A stretch of DNA of 52,630 nucleotides, the filler included, from Jimgerdemannia flammicorona (Eukaryota): the NCBI GenBank assembly GCA_003990765.1. It is 2 parts of 2 records of this genome, joined end to end, with 100 filler letters (N's around TTAATTAATTAA, not from the genome) between each part and the next. Parts side by side here need not be neighbours in the genome. Positions count along the whole stretch, not along the records: positions 1 to 26,268 come from RBNJ01000742.1; positions 26,369 to 52,630 come from RBNJ01000743.1. The stretch is one strand, 5' to 3'. The number at the start of each line of letters is the position of its first letter. Position 1 is the first letter of the stretch. A program made the position numbers and the translations under genes. The notes below the pieces were generated by a model. That model was not told the DNA's origin and did no database searches. It saw only the letters and a program-made list of their open reading frames with translations. Of this stretch, positions 23,038 to 36,711 are shown one piece after another.

Positions 23038-26000
23038 TAAAGTTGCAAGCATAGCCGAGAACTGAGCCAATTCAATACTCATTTTCAAAGGTCTAGTCAA
23101 GGGACAAGAGCTAGATATTCTCATAGACAGTGGAGCTATTGAGAACTTCATCAACAAGAACCTTATCAATAAGTTCAAGATTCTCACCAAACCAGCCAGC
23201 AAGAATGGTGGAGTTATCACTGCAGATGGCACCATCTTACCAATTGACTCAATTGCTGCTAAACTTCCCCTCAAGATCCAAAAGTACTGGGAACATTTAG
23301 ATTTCGAGGTAGCACCACTAGGAGACCATGACCTGATCCTAGGTAAACCCTGGCTTATACAGCACAACCCTCAGATTAATTAGACCAAGAATGAAGTCAC
23401 CTTGATTCAGAATGGAGCCAATATTACCATCAAGTCAGATAAGACTTAGATGAGAATCCCAATTGCTACCCTTTTGGCAATTCAGTTTAAGAAGACCCTC
23501 AAAAAAGCTATCTGTACCTTTGTAGCACTGATCTGACTAAAGAAAGAAGACAAGAATCTATCAATTAGTGAAAGCATCAAGTTACTGCTGAACAAGTACA
23601 AGGATGTCTTCCTAGACAAACTACCTGGTCTACCACCTTCAAGAGACCATGACTATGAAATCAAGTTAGTACCTGATGCAGCCATACTCAAGAAGAAAAT
23701 GTACCACATATCTCTACTTAAAATTGAAGCAGTCAAGAAGGAACTCAATGAACTCATTGAGCAAGGAGCCATTCAGCCAAGCAAGTCACCCTTTGGCTCT
23801 CCAGTCCTATTTGTCAAGAAAAAAGGATGATACTCTGTGAATATGTATAGACTACCAAGTACTCAACAAGATCACAGTCAAGAACCATTATCTGCTATCA
23901 CTCATAGATCAAATCTTTGATGCTCTCAAAAATGCAAAGTACTTCACCAAGATTGATCTCACCTCTGGGTATCACCAAATTTGAATCAAGCCAGAAGATA
24001 TACCCAAGACTGCCTTCATGACCTCCTTTGGACTCTACAAATTCCTAGTCATGGCCTTTGGTCTCACCAATGCACTAGCAATTTCAAGACCTCATACAAA
24101 CTATCTTCAAGGATCAGCTCTATATCTTTGTACTTATGTACATTGATGACATTCTGATCTTCAGCAGCACTGAAAAAGAGCACCTCAAGCACATTGAACA
24201 AGTCCTCAAGATCCTCCACAAGAATAAGCTCTATGCAAAGCTCAAGAAATATGAATTTTTCAAGGACCAAGTCGAATGTCTTGGACACATTGTATCAGCT
24301 AAAGGAATTCAAGTAGACCCAAGGAAAATACAAGCCATTGAACAGTGGTCTGTACCAGCAAACCTCACTGAACTCAGGTCCTTCCTTGGTCTGGCTGGAT
24401 ACTATCATCAATTTGTCAAGAACTTCTCTGGCATTGCAGAATCTCTGACAAACCTCCTGTAAAAGGAATCCAACTCTGACCTCTATGTCTCCTATATCTG
24501 GGATACTTTCTGTCAACAAGCTTTTCAAGAACTCAAGAACTGCCTGACATGCACCTGTCCTTAGAAACATGGACCCAAACTTGAAGTTCACAGTCACTAC
24601 AGATACATCTAACTTTGTCATTAGTGCAGTCATTTCTCAAGATGATGGTCAAGGACACTGACCTATTGCCTTTGAGTCAAGAAAATTGTCCCCAGCAGAA
24701 CAAAAGCTGGCTACTCACAAAAAGGAACTCTTGGCAATTATGTATGCTCTCAAGATCTGGCGATACTATCTAGAAGGAGTTGAGTTTGACATAATCACCA
24801 ATCACAGATCCCTTCAGTACATTAACACTCAACCAACCCTTTCTTGCCAATAAGTCAAGTGGAGTCAACTGCTTCAGACCTTTACTCTAAATATCATCTA
24901 CAAGCCTGGTAAAACTCTAGTTATATCAGATGCACTTTCAAGAAGACCTGATCTTGCTGCAATTTTACAAGTCACCATGGTACCTGAATTCCTCAATTAG
25001 ATCAAGAAGGCATACAAACAAGACTCTCTGGTTCTACAATGAACACTAAGGAATTCAAGGAAAAGTACACCATTAAGGACAACCTTGTATACTATCAAGA
25101 CAAAGTATATATTCCTGCCAACCCTGAACTACAGTACAAGATTCTTCATGAACATCACAACTCTCCACTAGCTGGTTACCTTGAAACTAAGAAGACCATC
25201 AAGAATATTCAATGAGACTACTACTGGCCAAATATGCTCAAGGAAATCAAGAAGTATGTTCAAAGCTGCAATCTCTGTCAAAGAAACAAGTCAAGTAACC
25301 AAGTACCCACCAGTCTTCTGCAACCTCTGCCAATTCCAACCAAGAAGTTCAAACAAGTTACAATGGACTTTGTTGTGCAACTCCCATGAACCAAAACAGG
25401 CTATGTTGCTATTGTTGTGTTTGTGGACCATCTCACCAAGATTACAATTGCCGAGCCAACCACAACTAATGCCACTGTCCCAGAAATTGCAAGAATCTTC
25501 TTCAAGACTGTCTTCTGCCATTATGGACTTCCCTAAGTAAATATCAGCAACCATGACCCCAAGTTTACAAACCACTTCTAGTAAGCACTCTTCAAGACCC
25601 TTGGAACCCAAATTGCTATGTTCATTGCCTTCCACCCTCAAACTGATGGACAGACTGAGCAAATGAACAGAACACTTGAACAAATGCTCAGAAACTATGT
25701 GTCTTATGAGCAAGATGATTGCGACCACTATCTGACCTATGTTGAGTTTGTCTACAATAATGCTATCCAATCATCAACTGGTCTTTCCCCATTTCAGCTA
25801 CTTCATAGTCAAGACCCCAAGACCCCTGCAAGCCTAGTCTCATTCTAGCAATCCAGTCACACACAAGTCCCCACAACCCAGAACCTTATCGACAAAATGG
25901 ATTTCCTTCTCAAGATCACTACTATGAACCTGCAAAAGACTCAGTAACATCAAGCTAAGTATGCAGATAAGAAGTGGTGAGATGTTATATATAATATTGA

Positions 26001-26111
26001 TGATATGATTCTACTCAAAGCTGACAACATCAAGGCTCAATCTTAAGTCAACTGCCAGTCAGCCAAATTCCAGCCCAAGTATCTTGGACCCTTTGAGATC
26101 ACTGAGCAAGT

Positions 26112-26114
<3 letters not shown>

Positions 26115-26172
<58 letters not shown>

Positions 26173-26268
26173 GTCACTTGGACTCTATCCTTTATTAACC
26201 AGTATGCCTATCTATCTTCTATATAATACACAGTACCCTGCCCCTTCCCTTTTTTTTTTTTTTTTTTT
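26115..26268 (-). mobile_element. 3' end of a poly(A)-tailed retroposon inserted in the integrase end
   Basis: Minus strand reads AATAAAGGATAGAGTCCAAGTGACTAT followed by a ~55-nt poly(A). Shares ATAGAGTCCA with the 3' end of the 1.2-kb retroposon. Confidence 0.5.
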
Positions 26269-26368
26269 NNNNNNNNNNNNNNNNNNNNNNNNNNNNNNNN
26301 NNNNNNNNNNNNTTAATTAATTAANNNNNNNNNNNNNNNNNNNNNNNNNNNNNNNNNNNNNNNNNNNN
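26269..26368. other. Artificial contig linker (N44-TTAATTAATTAA-N44)
   Basis: Exactly 100 nt. The six-frame stop 12-mer flanked by Ns is a standard pseudomolecule spacer. Confidence 0.9.
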
Positions 26369-27167
26369 GGAGTTTCTTTGGGAATATGTCTCGAAATTTC
26401 TGAAGTAGTGGTCTGACATGGCTGTCAACTTTGGAAAAATCTTCTTCAGAGTTCTCAGGTTCTCCTTTGGATGGGCAGATGGAGATGGCAAAGAGAGGGC
26501 ATTTCTTGGCCAATTTCTTAAGTTGTAGCTTGTTGATGTGGGTGATCTTTGGTCCAGGATCACCAGAATTAAGTGGGTCCTTTTTGTCTTGTAGTTTGAA
26601 GTTGTGGTGTCCTTTCTTGATGATCAGAGAATAGTTTACCCAATCAATCATAAGGTTCTCTTATTTTAACTATAGAGTCCCAAGGATGATTTCATTGTCA
26701 GGAAGTGGTATGATTTGGAGGGTAACATGTACTTGGTAGTCACCAATTTAGAAGGGTAGATTGCAGACTTCTTTGCTAATAACATGTGAGGTTCTATCAG
26801 CTGTAGCAACTGCTTGAGTTTGCTATACTGGAGAGGTAAAGACCTTGAGTCTGTTGGCTGTCTCTTCATTGATGAAGTTGCCTGAGGCACCACTGTCTAT
26901 CATAATCTTGACAGGTGCTCAGTTGACAAAAGCCTTAAGTGTGAGCAGTTTGTCTGATTCAATGGTAGTGATTTCAGTTGTAAGAGCTTTCCTTCTATTG
27001 GTTCTTCTTTGTGCCAGTTCATTGATACAAGAGAAGTAATCATCAATTATTCGGGAAGAGTACATTCCAATGCCATGAGGGCATCAGCCACTTGGTACAT
27101 ATCCATTTTCGATCTTCTTGTAGAATTGTTCTTCTTTGCTCATGGTAGGTTGGGCTGGGGCCTTGTT

Positions 27168-27585
27168 TGATGAGCCAAATCCTTTGTATCCTCGGATAGT
27201 GGGCAGTAGTTCAGGGACTTCCTTGACTGTCAGGGTTGACTTGATTTTTTTGAATAGGATCTGGGTGATGCAGAAACCAATAGGGATCTTGAAGGGTGTC
27301 CAACTGTAGTTTCAGATGAGGACAATAATTTCACCTGTATAATCCTCATCAATGACTCCTCCTTCTACTGAGAGTCCTTTCAATACTAGGCTGCTGCAAC
27401 AGCATATTCTTCCAATATGTCCTTCAGGGATTTGGATGCTGATTCCTATATAGACTTGTTTGACTTCTTGGTTGGAAACTCTAGCTTCTTCAGCTGCATA
27501 CAGATCATATCCAGCTGCTTTTTGACTTTCTTTGGTTGGGGCCTTAGCAGTTTGTCTTAACTTGACAAAGTCCAGTGTTCTGGTG
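27168..27585 (-). pseudogene. dut: dUTPase domain of family 2 (copy 1)
   Basis: KAAGYDLYAAEEA, GRICCCSSLVLKG, GGVIDEDYTGEI, ITQILF, IRGYKGFGSS. Confidence 0.88.
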
Positions 27586-30213
27586 GTCAGGTTGTTGAGG
27601 TGGTGCAGAGTGGTAATAGTTGCTCATGTTGCTGTTTGGGGTTTCCGGTTAGGGCAGGCACTGGCCATGTATCCTATCTTTCGGCAATAGAAGCATGCTC
27701 TGCTTCTTCAGAGTTCATTCCTTTTGCCTTCGGTAAGTTTCTTAAAGGTACTTGGCTAGGTGGGTTCATGATTTCTGGTTGTCCAAGAGGTGGATGTAGA
27801 GGGAGCTCGAGATGCTTCATGCTTGGGTTCTTCTTTCTTGGTCCAAGTCTTTTCCTTATTGTTGAATTGCCTTTGAGGCAGAATTGGTCCAGCTGTTAGG
27901 ATTTGCTTGACCATAGTCTTGATTCTTGCCAGGCACCATTGTTGGTGATTACAACCAACTTGGCAGCCTTGTTCTCAGATTTTTCTAGTAAGCCATTCAG
28001 GCAGGGCATCAAATAAATGGTCTGCTCTTGTACCATTTCGTACTTCATCATTGGCGATATATCCTAGGCCAACAGTGTTCAGGAGTGACTCGAGTTTTGT
28101 ACAGAAGGTTTCGAATTCTTCTTTACCATATATATCAAATTTGAGGTTGCAGAGTTTTACTTGAGATTTGGCAATTATGGTTTTGCTGTGGTATTGAGCA
28201 ATTATGAATTGTTTAAGTCCAGGGGCTGCAAGATGGGCTCCATATCCTGGAGCATTATTTGCTGTATTCTGAGCAACTACTGCAGGTCAGGTATCCCATG
28301 TGAGGGGTTTTTCAAGAAGGGTTCACCACTATTCTTTGGCAGGTCCTTGGAGGAATGTAACAACTTAGCAGACATAGGCTGTAGTGGTAGCAAAGAGTTG
28401 TTCCAGAGTGTGGTCTTGATTGTTTGTCAGAACATGGTCAGCAACTCGCTCATTGGTCCATTGATTGGCTTCAAAGTTGGTATCAACTACACTAATGAAG
28501 CTTTGGACTTCTTGTGCAGTACCATTGAAGGTAGGTAGGCTCAGATTTTTGGTAGGTCAGGTCTGTTCAGCTAAGATAGTAATGGGTGCTGCCATTATGG
28601 CTATCTGGGCTGTGGGGTCTAGAATCTGTTGGTTTGCCATATTGTTTACTGGAGGCAGTTGGACTGCTGGTAGTGGTGTTACTGGTACTACTTGAGGTAC
28701 TGGTGCAGAGTGTGATGGGGTTCTTTGGGTCTGTGTAAGTTGCTGGAGTAGTAGTTGTGGGTCTGGAGTGAGGGCTTGACAGATAACTGTTTGTTGCTGT
28801 ATAGGTGTATTCTGTCCTGATAGAGGTACTTCTCCTTCGGTGGTATATCTGGGATTGAATTCACTGAGATACTCCTCCTCTTCTTCAGTTTGGTCCCCAT
28901 GTAATTGGGTTTGCTTGGTGTCAAAGTAGACAGAATCAGTTGTTTATCTGATTCAGATGGACTTAATTCAAAGTCAAGTTCAGGTTCAGTATTGGTTTCA
29001 GATTCAGGTAGGGCTGTAGCAGGGCCTGCTTCAGGTTCAGAGTCAGGTAGTTGATGAAGGGTTTCTCTTGCTTCTTCTTTAAGAATATGGCAGGCCTTGC
29101 TGTTCTGGAATCGGTAGTATAATGTGGTCTTGGTCCTGGTATGGTGAAAGTCGGTAGAGTTGAGCCACTTGACTACAGAGGCTTGGGCTTCATGAGGAAC
29201 TAAGGCTAGGAAGACTGCTGCTGGTTATCCTAGGTCGCTTGGATTTGTGGAGCTAACAAAACTCTTATTGAGAAGAGTAAAGAAGGCTTCAATAAGACCT
29301 TCTTCGTCTTGACTTGCTGGGTGTAGTGTAAGGAGTTCGGTGAATAGGGTTTCACCTATTTGCTGGTTTAACTGAAGTACTTCTTTCTTTGAATGAAGTT
29401 TATCCCACTTGTTGCAGATATAAAGGTCAAATTGTCTTTGTACATCAGGTTCAATTCTCTCCAGATTGTCAGATGGTTCAAGATAAATTCCAGTTTAGAG
29501 GTTGGGCTTTATACCAACTTGTAGGAATTCTCAGAAGGATTTGTAGCAGAGTGAGGAAGTGTCTTGAAGTGGAATTGGATTGTAAACCACTGCTACCAAG
29601 TTGTAAGAGGGTTGCTTTTTAGGGTAACCATTACATAGTTCTGGAAAGGTTTTCTAGAGGTTCTGGATATTCTGGAAGACCATTTTCTTATGGTCAGGAT
29701 CAATTTTGTATGGAGTACATCCTCTATGCTTATTGATTTCAAGATCAGATTGATGTCTCAACCAAAGTCTTTTTTTAGACTAGTTCTAGATGTTCAGATT
29801 TTCCGTATTTCAGGAAGTTCAAGAAACTAAGACCAGCTTAGTTGAATTGGTGTATCACTGCAGACAATACCCAATTAGGAAATTTCATGACAGAGTTAGG
29901 AGTAGGACCTAACAGAGAGTGGATTTACTTAAGAGTGGTTTGTGGGTTATTAAATAGATTTATTTGCTATTCATGATATTGCTATACTAGGAGTAGTTGT
30001 GTGGAGGGATATTGTAGGGAAGTGTTCAGGAATGTTCTTGTGTATTCGAGTCTGAGATTCTGAGGTCTGGGGGAGGGGGTATTTATACTAGTGAGGGGCT
30101 ATCTGGACTATACTGAATATAAATATAGCACTAAGTGCTCTGCTGAGTTGGAATGCAGTTATATAGTACAAGTGTGATCTGACTATACTATGACTGCTAG
30201 GCTATTTATAGGT

Positions 30214-31311
30214 TTAGGCACTGTCTGGGTAGTTTTCAATGACATCACCATCGATTGTATTATCTCTGATGAAGTAGTCATCTAGGAAGAGTGGTTTATG
30301 GATTACTTCTCCTTGTTCGCTGAGGTAATAATACATTGGAACTTCATCGCCATCCCACAGAATAGCATTGTCTGTCTCATATGCTGGATAAGGTGTTGGT
30401 GGGTGAAGGAGGGATGCATCATCTTCACTTTCATCAGGTTTGCTGTCTGCATACCTTCTGTAGATTACAGTACTATGAGTTGTGGGGTTGTAGTAAGCTG
30501 GTAACTGTAGTTCATATCGCTCATACTCAGGTGGTGGAGTGGTTGGTTCAATCTCGAGGATTGTCTGGAGGTATAGGTTGTGTTCTCCAGTCTCTTCATT
30601 GTAGTTGAAGTAATCAGAAATAAATGCAGGTTGGTATTTATACCAGTAGTCATTGTCCCAATAAGTCTTGTATGCTGTTATGAATTGTTGTAAGTTCATC
30701 AGCAAGGTTGGTAGTGTGATCAGGGTTGGCAGAGATCCTTGGCTAGAGGTCATGTCAGTGTCAGAGAGATCATTGTCTTCTGCTTCATCTTCATCGAAGT
30801 GGATTATATCATAGATATCCTTCATAGCATATCCAACTTAGGGTATTTGCAGAATGTGATCATTGGAGTGTGGGAAGGTTCTGTCTGTGGTTTCAATGTA
30901 CTCAAGGTACTTGTGGTTGAGTTCTTGTATCATGTCGTCGATTTGGCCATAGGACAGGGTAGCAACCATTTCAGCTGTAGTAACTCAGAGGTGGGGAATA
31001 ACAGTGCTATACTTATAGAAGAGTTCTCGATGTTTATGGGCGATGAGCTTCTGGTGTTGAGATATCTGAATAATGTCTGTATCATGATAGTGTTCGATCA
31101 TGTCTTCCAGGAGGCAGTCAATCTGGTAGTAGCTTGAGATTTGTCCGATTCAGTGGGCCTTGCTAAGTATGTTCAGAGCATTTCATTGGACTTCCACGAA
31201 GTAGAGGGGTGCTAGGCAATGGATATTCATGAGAGGCAGAGGGGGTGTAGCTCTATTGACAATGGCATTCCAAATGTCAGTGTGAATATGGGTATAGATC
31301 TCGGTGATCAT
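30214..31311 (-). pseudogene. LTR(U3)-embedded accessory ORF, 365 codons, acidic and Tyr-rich
   Basis: ATG at 31311 is in frame with ORF 30214-30825. 1,098 bp with no indels relative to 49691-50788. Stops are TGA/TAA at CGA/CAA positions. TATATA-like box upstream (~31381-31388). Confidence 0.8.
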
Positions 31312-31599
31312 GTTTGTGTATTTGGAAGTTGTGGTTGTTATTTGTTTTGGTTCTCTGATTCGACATATCTCAGTGCTCAGTATATATACATTTGGTCCTG
31401 ATTGGTAAGATTCTGTTTGTTTAAATCTTGTGTTCTGTGACTTTGTATTGACTCATCTTTGTATGCTGTGACTTCGGTTTGACTCAGCTTCATGATCAAG
31501 CAGAGAATTTCCAGATTTGTTCAGAGGTCACATGTGATTTCAGTGGCTTGTTCAGAGGGTGATGTGTAATTTCGGTGGCTTGGTGGTTGTACACTTACA

Positions 31600-33030
31600 T
31601 TAAGTCTAATGACTCTTTCTGATTTATATTGAGAGATCTGAATCTTCAGATATAGCTTCTTAATCTTTAGTTCTGATTACTGATAGTAGGGTTAACAGAT
31701 GTACTTTAGATAATACTGTGACTGGTCTGGCTGATTTACTTATCTTTTTAGAATATTTGGTTACAATATATTCAGTCTAGTGATAGAAGAAACATACTTC
31801 TAATATTCTTAAGTATTTTTTCTCTTCTAGAATAGACTTGGTATTCTTCTTATTTATAGAATCTAGATCTATTGAAACTAGTTCTACTATCTTAGACTAG
31901 TTCTTATAGCAGTTCTCAAAGTTATTCTTCTTACAATATTCTGTTCAAAGTGATGACTATAGATAATAATATCAAACCTATTAGCTATTCTCATGATTTC
32001 TTTAAGAGAGCTTTCTTCTAACTTAACCTTGACCACTGGCCACCCTTATGTATTTTCTTTTAGATCTCAGATATAGTAGTCTATTTTTTTATCTTCTATA
32101 ATATCAGATAGTTTTAAAAGAATTAACAGAAATTATATATTATAATTTGTATAGATTTGAGTTGCTTGATGTTTACTAATCTATCTCTGATCAGTTTAGT
32201 AACATTAGTAGACTTAAACTACTTATAGAGAGCTTTTTTGAATATTGTTTAATCTTCAACTCTTATTTCTTAATAAATAAATAAGTTAGAAAATATAACT
32301 AGAATAAATATTACTCTAGTTATAAAAACAATACTCAGACCTCAGATAACAACTCTACTTATAACTAATTTAAAAATAATTATCTCAAATAACTATTAGA
32401 ATTTCAAAATAAAGAATAATCTAACTAAGAATGAAATTTTAATCAAAAAAAGAGATTTACAGTCAAGAGAAAAAATAGCTAATATAAATACTAATCTTTC
32501 TAATATTATAAGTCAGAATTATAAAGATCAAAAGTTGAAAAAAAATAAATTTATAAAAAAAGAAATCTTCATTAATACTAAAATTACTAAATTAGACTAC
32601 AAAAAGAAAAAAAATCACAGACAAATACAGCTATATTATTGAAAATAAATTTCTACTCAAGAAACTCAAAAAGCTACTTTATAAATTTGAGAAAAAAATA
32701 CTACACTATTATTATAATAATATAGAAAATACTGAGCCAATTTACTAAAAAGTTAAACCAATTCTATCAGTATATTGTGAATAGCTTAAAAAAGAGATCA
32801 AGCAGATAAAGAAAGCTAATATTATCAAGAAGACTATCAATCTATAGTCATCACCAATTGTACTAACTTCCAAAAAAGAAAATAAATCAGGAGAATTTGC
32901 CCTAAGACTACACAAATTACAGAAAACTCAATGAAATAACCAAAAATAATTGCCAACCCCTGCTCCTCATCAGTGATATCTTGATAATGCTAGAAGATGA
33001 AGTCCAGTATTATACCATCAATACGTTTGA
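31600..33030 (+). mobile_element. Decayed Ty3/Gypsy remnant with RT N-terminus
   Basis: 32780-33025 translates ~E*LKKEIKQIKKANIIKKTINL*SSPIVLTSKKE..NYRKLNEITKNNCQPLLLISDIL. Very AT-rich. Confidence 0.65.
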
Positions 33031-33053
33031 CACCACTTCGGCCTTACCGCCGT

Positions 33054-36000
33054 TCAGTGCGGCGCCGCAACCCCTAACATCGCTGCCATCTCCACGTGTC
33101 GTTGTGACATGAGTTCCTTGGGCATGATAGCGAATATCTGCAGAATACCAAACAATGCGAATCAGTGCATGTACTAAGGAACAGATTAGGAGGAATTGAA
33201 TCTACGTACACACGTACCTTCTGCACCAACGCCACATCGTCGGCGCTGACTAGCTTCAGCAACACCCCGTCGACGAGTTGCTCGGATACAACGGACAGCA
33301 TGGTATCGGGGGGGATGTAGGATTTCCATGGCAGCAGATTCCGATAGATCTGCGTGTTTGCGGTGATTGCATCCAAGGCAAGAGATGTTTAGAACAAAGA
33401 GGGAGCACATGTATGGACCCCCACAATATCATTATATATATATATATACCTTGAAATTCCGCCAAAATACCCGATCCCTCGCCTTGATCAGGTCTAGATC
33501 CGACGGGCCTTCGCGAATAGTGATCCGTCGGACAAGGTCGACCGCACTGATCACCAGCTTCTCAAGGTACTCCATAAACGCCTTGATCAGATCCTAAGCC
33601 ACAACCATTCTATGTCAACCATCCAAACCATTTAACAACCTGTTATCATATACACGCCCCACCCGTGCCCGCGTCTACACACCTTGAAACCCGCATCCTG
33701 CTTCTCGACGTAGTATAGCACCTGCTCAACCGTATCGAGTGCATTGGTCATCTGCGCGCCGGATCCGACGTCCAGTGTGTCGATCATAGCGACGATCCTG
33801 GGGATGAGCACCTTCTCAACCAACTTATTGAGTAGGGTGGCGTCCGTATCCTCGGCACCACCGTCGTCGCGATCGCCGTAGTCTGAGAGGATGGTGTGCC
33901 ACTGCATCGTCTCAAAATTCTGCGGTGCCTGTGGCATTGTTTAGGGTGGCAGTAGGGTAGAAGTAAAGGATGGATAGAGTCAATCGTGATGACTCCATCG
34001 ACCTCAAATACATGACGGTGTGAACCATTCAGGGGCGCCCGGAACCTACCAGGAACGGGCTCCACGTGACGAGCTCGCAGCGGATGAAAAATTCAAACGC
34101 TCCAGGTAGGCTCAGACTTCCGTAGGCCTTGATGTAGTCGTCGTAAAAGTCGGACTTCCAGGTCTCGAACTTGGACTTGACGGCGGTGAGTGTGCGGAAG
34201 TCTTCCGTGACGTCCGAGAAGAGAGCGGGCAGCGTGATGGATCGGATCTCTTCTGCGGGAGATGAAGATGGAAGGGTGCGCAATGCCACATGTCAGGAGG
34301 TAGTATTGGATGAGAGCCTCCGTGCCATCACCACACATATTATACATACCAATCCGTCCTCCATCCTGCACTGTCCCCGCTTTATCCTCATCCGTCGACA
34401 TTCCCTCCTCTGCCTCCCCACCCTGCCCCCCGACTTCCGTCCTTAATGCGCGCCTTCTCTCACGCTCGCTCCTCCGCCTCGCACGTGCGGCCTTGGAGTT
34501 CCTGGATGTGATGGCCCTGCCAAATTCGTCTACTTGGCCCTCGGGCTCTTCGAGGGTCGTCAGGATGTCTAGTGGTGAGGGATTGCGGGATTAGGAGATG
34601 GGTGAGATACAGCCAAGTGTGCATCGAGTCAGGTACAGACCTTGCGGGAAGTCAGCGAAGAGGCATAAGTCGTCCAAGTCGTCCTGCCGCCGGCGCTGGG
34701 CCACAAAGTTTGTGCGTCCAAGGACAATGTCGTGGTACTCGGACTCGATCTTCTCTAGCTCCGGGAACTGATTTCCATGGGGCGTCAAAAAGGAAATTGA
34801 AAATGGGAAGCCGGCACGACGCGTCCGTCCGACCGCGCACAATCAGAACACACCCAAAGCCTTCAAACTCTCAATCCCCACAAATTGGTGCCACTCCGTA
34901 TAATCTTTACACTCACCTTAGCATCCAAGAACTCCCCCAAATCCGCGACGTAGTTCCTGACCTCCTGATAATAATTATACCTCTTCCCGCTCCTCTCAAG
35001 CTCCCTCTCCAATTCTTCCCTCCCCGCCTCAATCTCCGCGATGTCCTTCTTGATCTGCGCGAGCTGCGTACTATGGTTCCGATGCGTCTCATGCAAGGTC
35101 GACGACGTGACTGCCAGGCGCTTCATGACGTCCGTAAGGTTCGGGGCGGAGATAGTCGCTGGGACTGTTTTAGAGAGGGGTGGGTTTTAAAAAAAATGTA
35201 GGAACGGGATGGAGAGGGCATAAAGAGCGCAGCTACATACCAGCAGCTGACTCTCGTTTAGGCGGCGCGGACGCGAACCCGCCGGCCGCGACGGAGATGT
35301 CGGACTTCTTTTTGACGCCGCCCTTGCGGATGGCCTCGGTCTCCCAGCGCGTCATCTCGTCGTCGTCGTCGCCCGTTTCTTCTCTATTTAAAGAACGCAA
35401 GATCAAAAGGGAGCTGTAGTGAGCTTTGTATTCTCAAAACGATGCCCATCAGAGAAACAAGCGAATATGGACCACGCACGCGTCCTCAATGAGTTCCTGT
35501 ACACCAGCCTTCCTTCGTTTCTCCTGCTCTTTGACAGCCTTCTTGCCGAGCAACATACGCTCACCAACGTATTTCTCGTATTCTGTGAGGGCCAGATGAT
35601 GATGCTATGGGCCTAATCAATAGATTGGAGGTGCGTGAACATCAATTATTAACGCACCGTCTTACCTTCGTCTGCATCGCCAACCTCATCCTCCTCGCGC
35701 ACCAGACGCGATTCCACTTGGGTCGAAGATCCCGCCTGGATCGGAAGCGAGGTCACCGTTTGCGGAACGACGAGAAACAAATACTATAAGTGCAAGCTTA
35801 TTATTTCTCAAAAATATAACCCGACTTACAGCTATTGCCACATTGACGCCCCTCTAAACCCCAGCTCAACTTCGCTAATACCCACCTCATCCAACGATAT
35901 AAAATCCTCCTCCTTCTCGTCCCTAACTTTTACACCTTGCCTGGCAAGCTCCCTCTTCTTTTTCGCTGCGTGTATGGCTCCCGCGTCCGGAATGGCCGCC

Positions 36001-36711
36001 CCGCGCAGCGACACCCCCATGGTGGTCGGAAACTTCTCAGCTGTCAGGTCCGTGTCTGAATCAGCGGCGGGGACGATGGACTTGAGGGCGGCTGGGGTTG
36101 AGGGCGTGTTGTTGCGGAGCTGCTCCAGGGCCTCGGGCGTGTAGGAGGAAGAGGGGGGGGTCAGAGTCGCTTGGTCGAGGTGGTCTGGGACAAGGTGTCT
36201 GGAGAGGGAGGGGCGGTGAGTGGGGGTTAGTTGTGTGGGGGACGGGTGTGGAAAAGTGAGGGAAGACGTACTGGGGGAGCTGGAGTTTGCGCTCTTTGGC
36301 TAGTCGTTTGCTGGCGGCGGATTTTTTGATCTGGATGGACCCTTCTTCGCCTTCCTCCTGTGTTCGAATGGGTGGCGAATGTGATTGCTCGTTATCAAAC
36401 TGTCCGTTGATGTTAGTCAACGAGGTGAGCTACTTGCCTCGTCTCCAAAACTGAGATTAACCGAAACTGACTTCAAAGTCGATTTGGTTTTGGGCTTCTT
36501 CTCTTTCTTGGTTTCCTCGAATATTGGCTCCACGATCTCCAAAGCAACCGAATCGACTAGAGATTGCAATCAGACGTTGTTAAATTGCTCCTTATCTGAG
36601 TCGACTGTGTGAGCTAAACTATGCGCATTGAAACACACCAGCCATGTCTGTGGGGCTATCATGGTCTTTCCTGCGGATGTTTCTTGACTTTGCAGGCTTC
36701 TTGTTGAACAT
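33054..36711 (-). CDS. GC-rich sequence DNA-binding factor (GCFC2/PAXBP1/Ntr2-like) spliceosome disassembly factor, multi-exon, apparently intact
   Basis: Start MFNKKPAKSRNIRRK. Motifs IPDAGAIHAAKKKRELAR, EEDFISLD, ESRLVREEDE, EMTRWETEAIRKG, YYQEVRNYVADLGEFLDAKFPELEKIE, VDEFGR, LFSDVTEDFRTLTAVKSKFETWKSDFYDDYIKAYGSLSLPGAFEFFIRCELVTWSP, LVEKVLIPRI. GT-AG introns. Stop TGA at 33054-33056. Confidence 0.88.

Larger units (their letters stand above)
21135..26114 (+). mobile_element. Ty3/Gypsy LTR retrotransposon family 1 (inactive): LTR-PBS-gag-CCHC-dUTPase-protease-RT-RNase H-integrase
   Basis: Gag IKPQKSDTFDG..AWLFQL. Zinc knuckle YFFCYQPGHIVTKCP (~22505). Protease LIDSGAIENF (~23120). [11 protein letters not shown] (24139). 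RNase H VTTDTS..ISAVISQ (~24595). Integrase HHCC and FHPQTDGQTEQMNRTLEQMLR. GPF motif (~26087). Many C>T stops. The 3' end is cut by a poly(T) insertion. Confidence 0.93.
26369..31599 (-). mobile_element. Ty3/Gypsy family 2, copy 1 (5' half): 2-kb LTR with accessory ORF, PBS, long leader ORF-gag-CCHC-dUTPase-protease
   Basis: LTR 29602-31599 (TGTAAG..TTACA). PBS TGGTAGCAGTGG at 29598-29587. Gag LSLPTFNGTAQEVQSFI. Knuckle CFYCRKIGHMASAC (~27655-27700). Protease IMIDSGASGNFINE (~26900). Ends at the linker. Confidence 0.9.
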
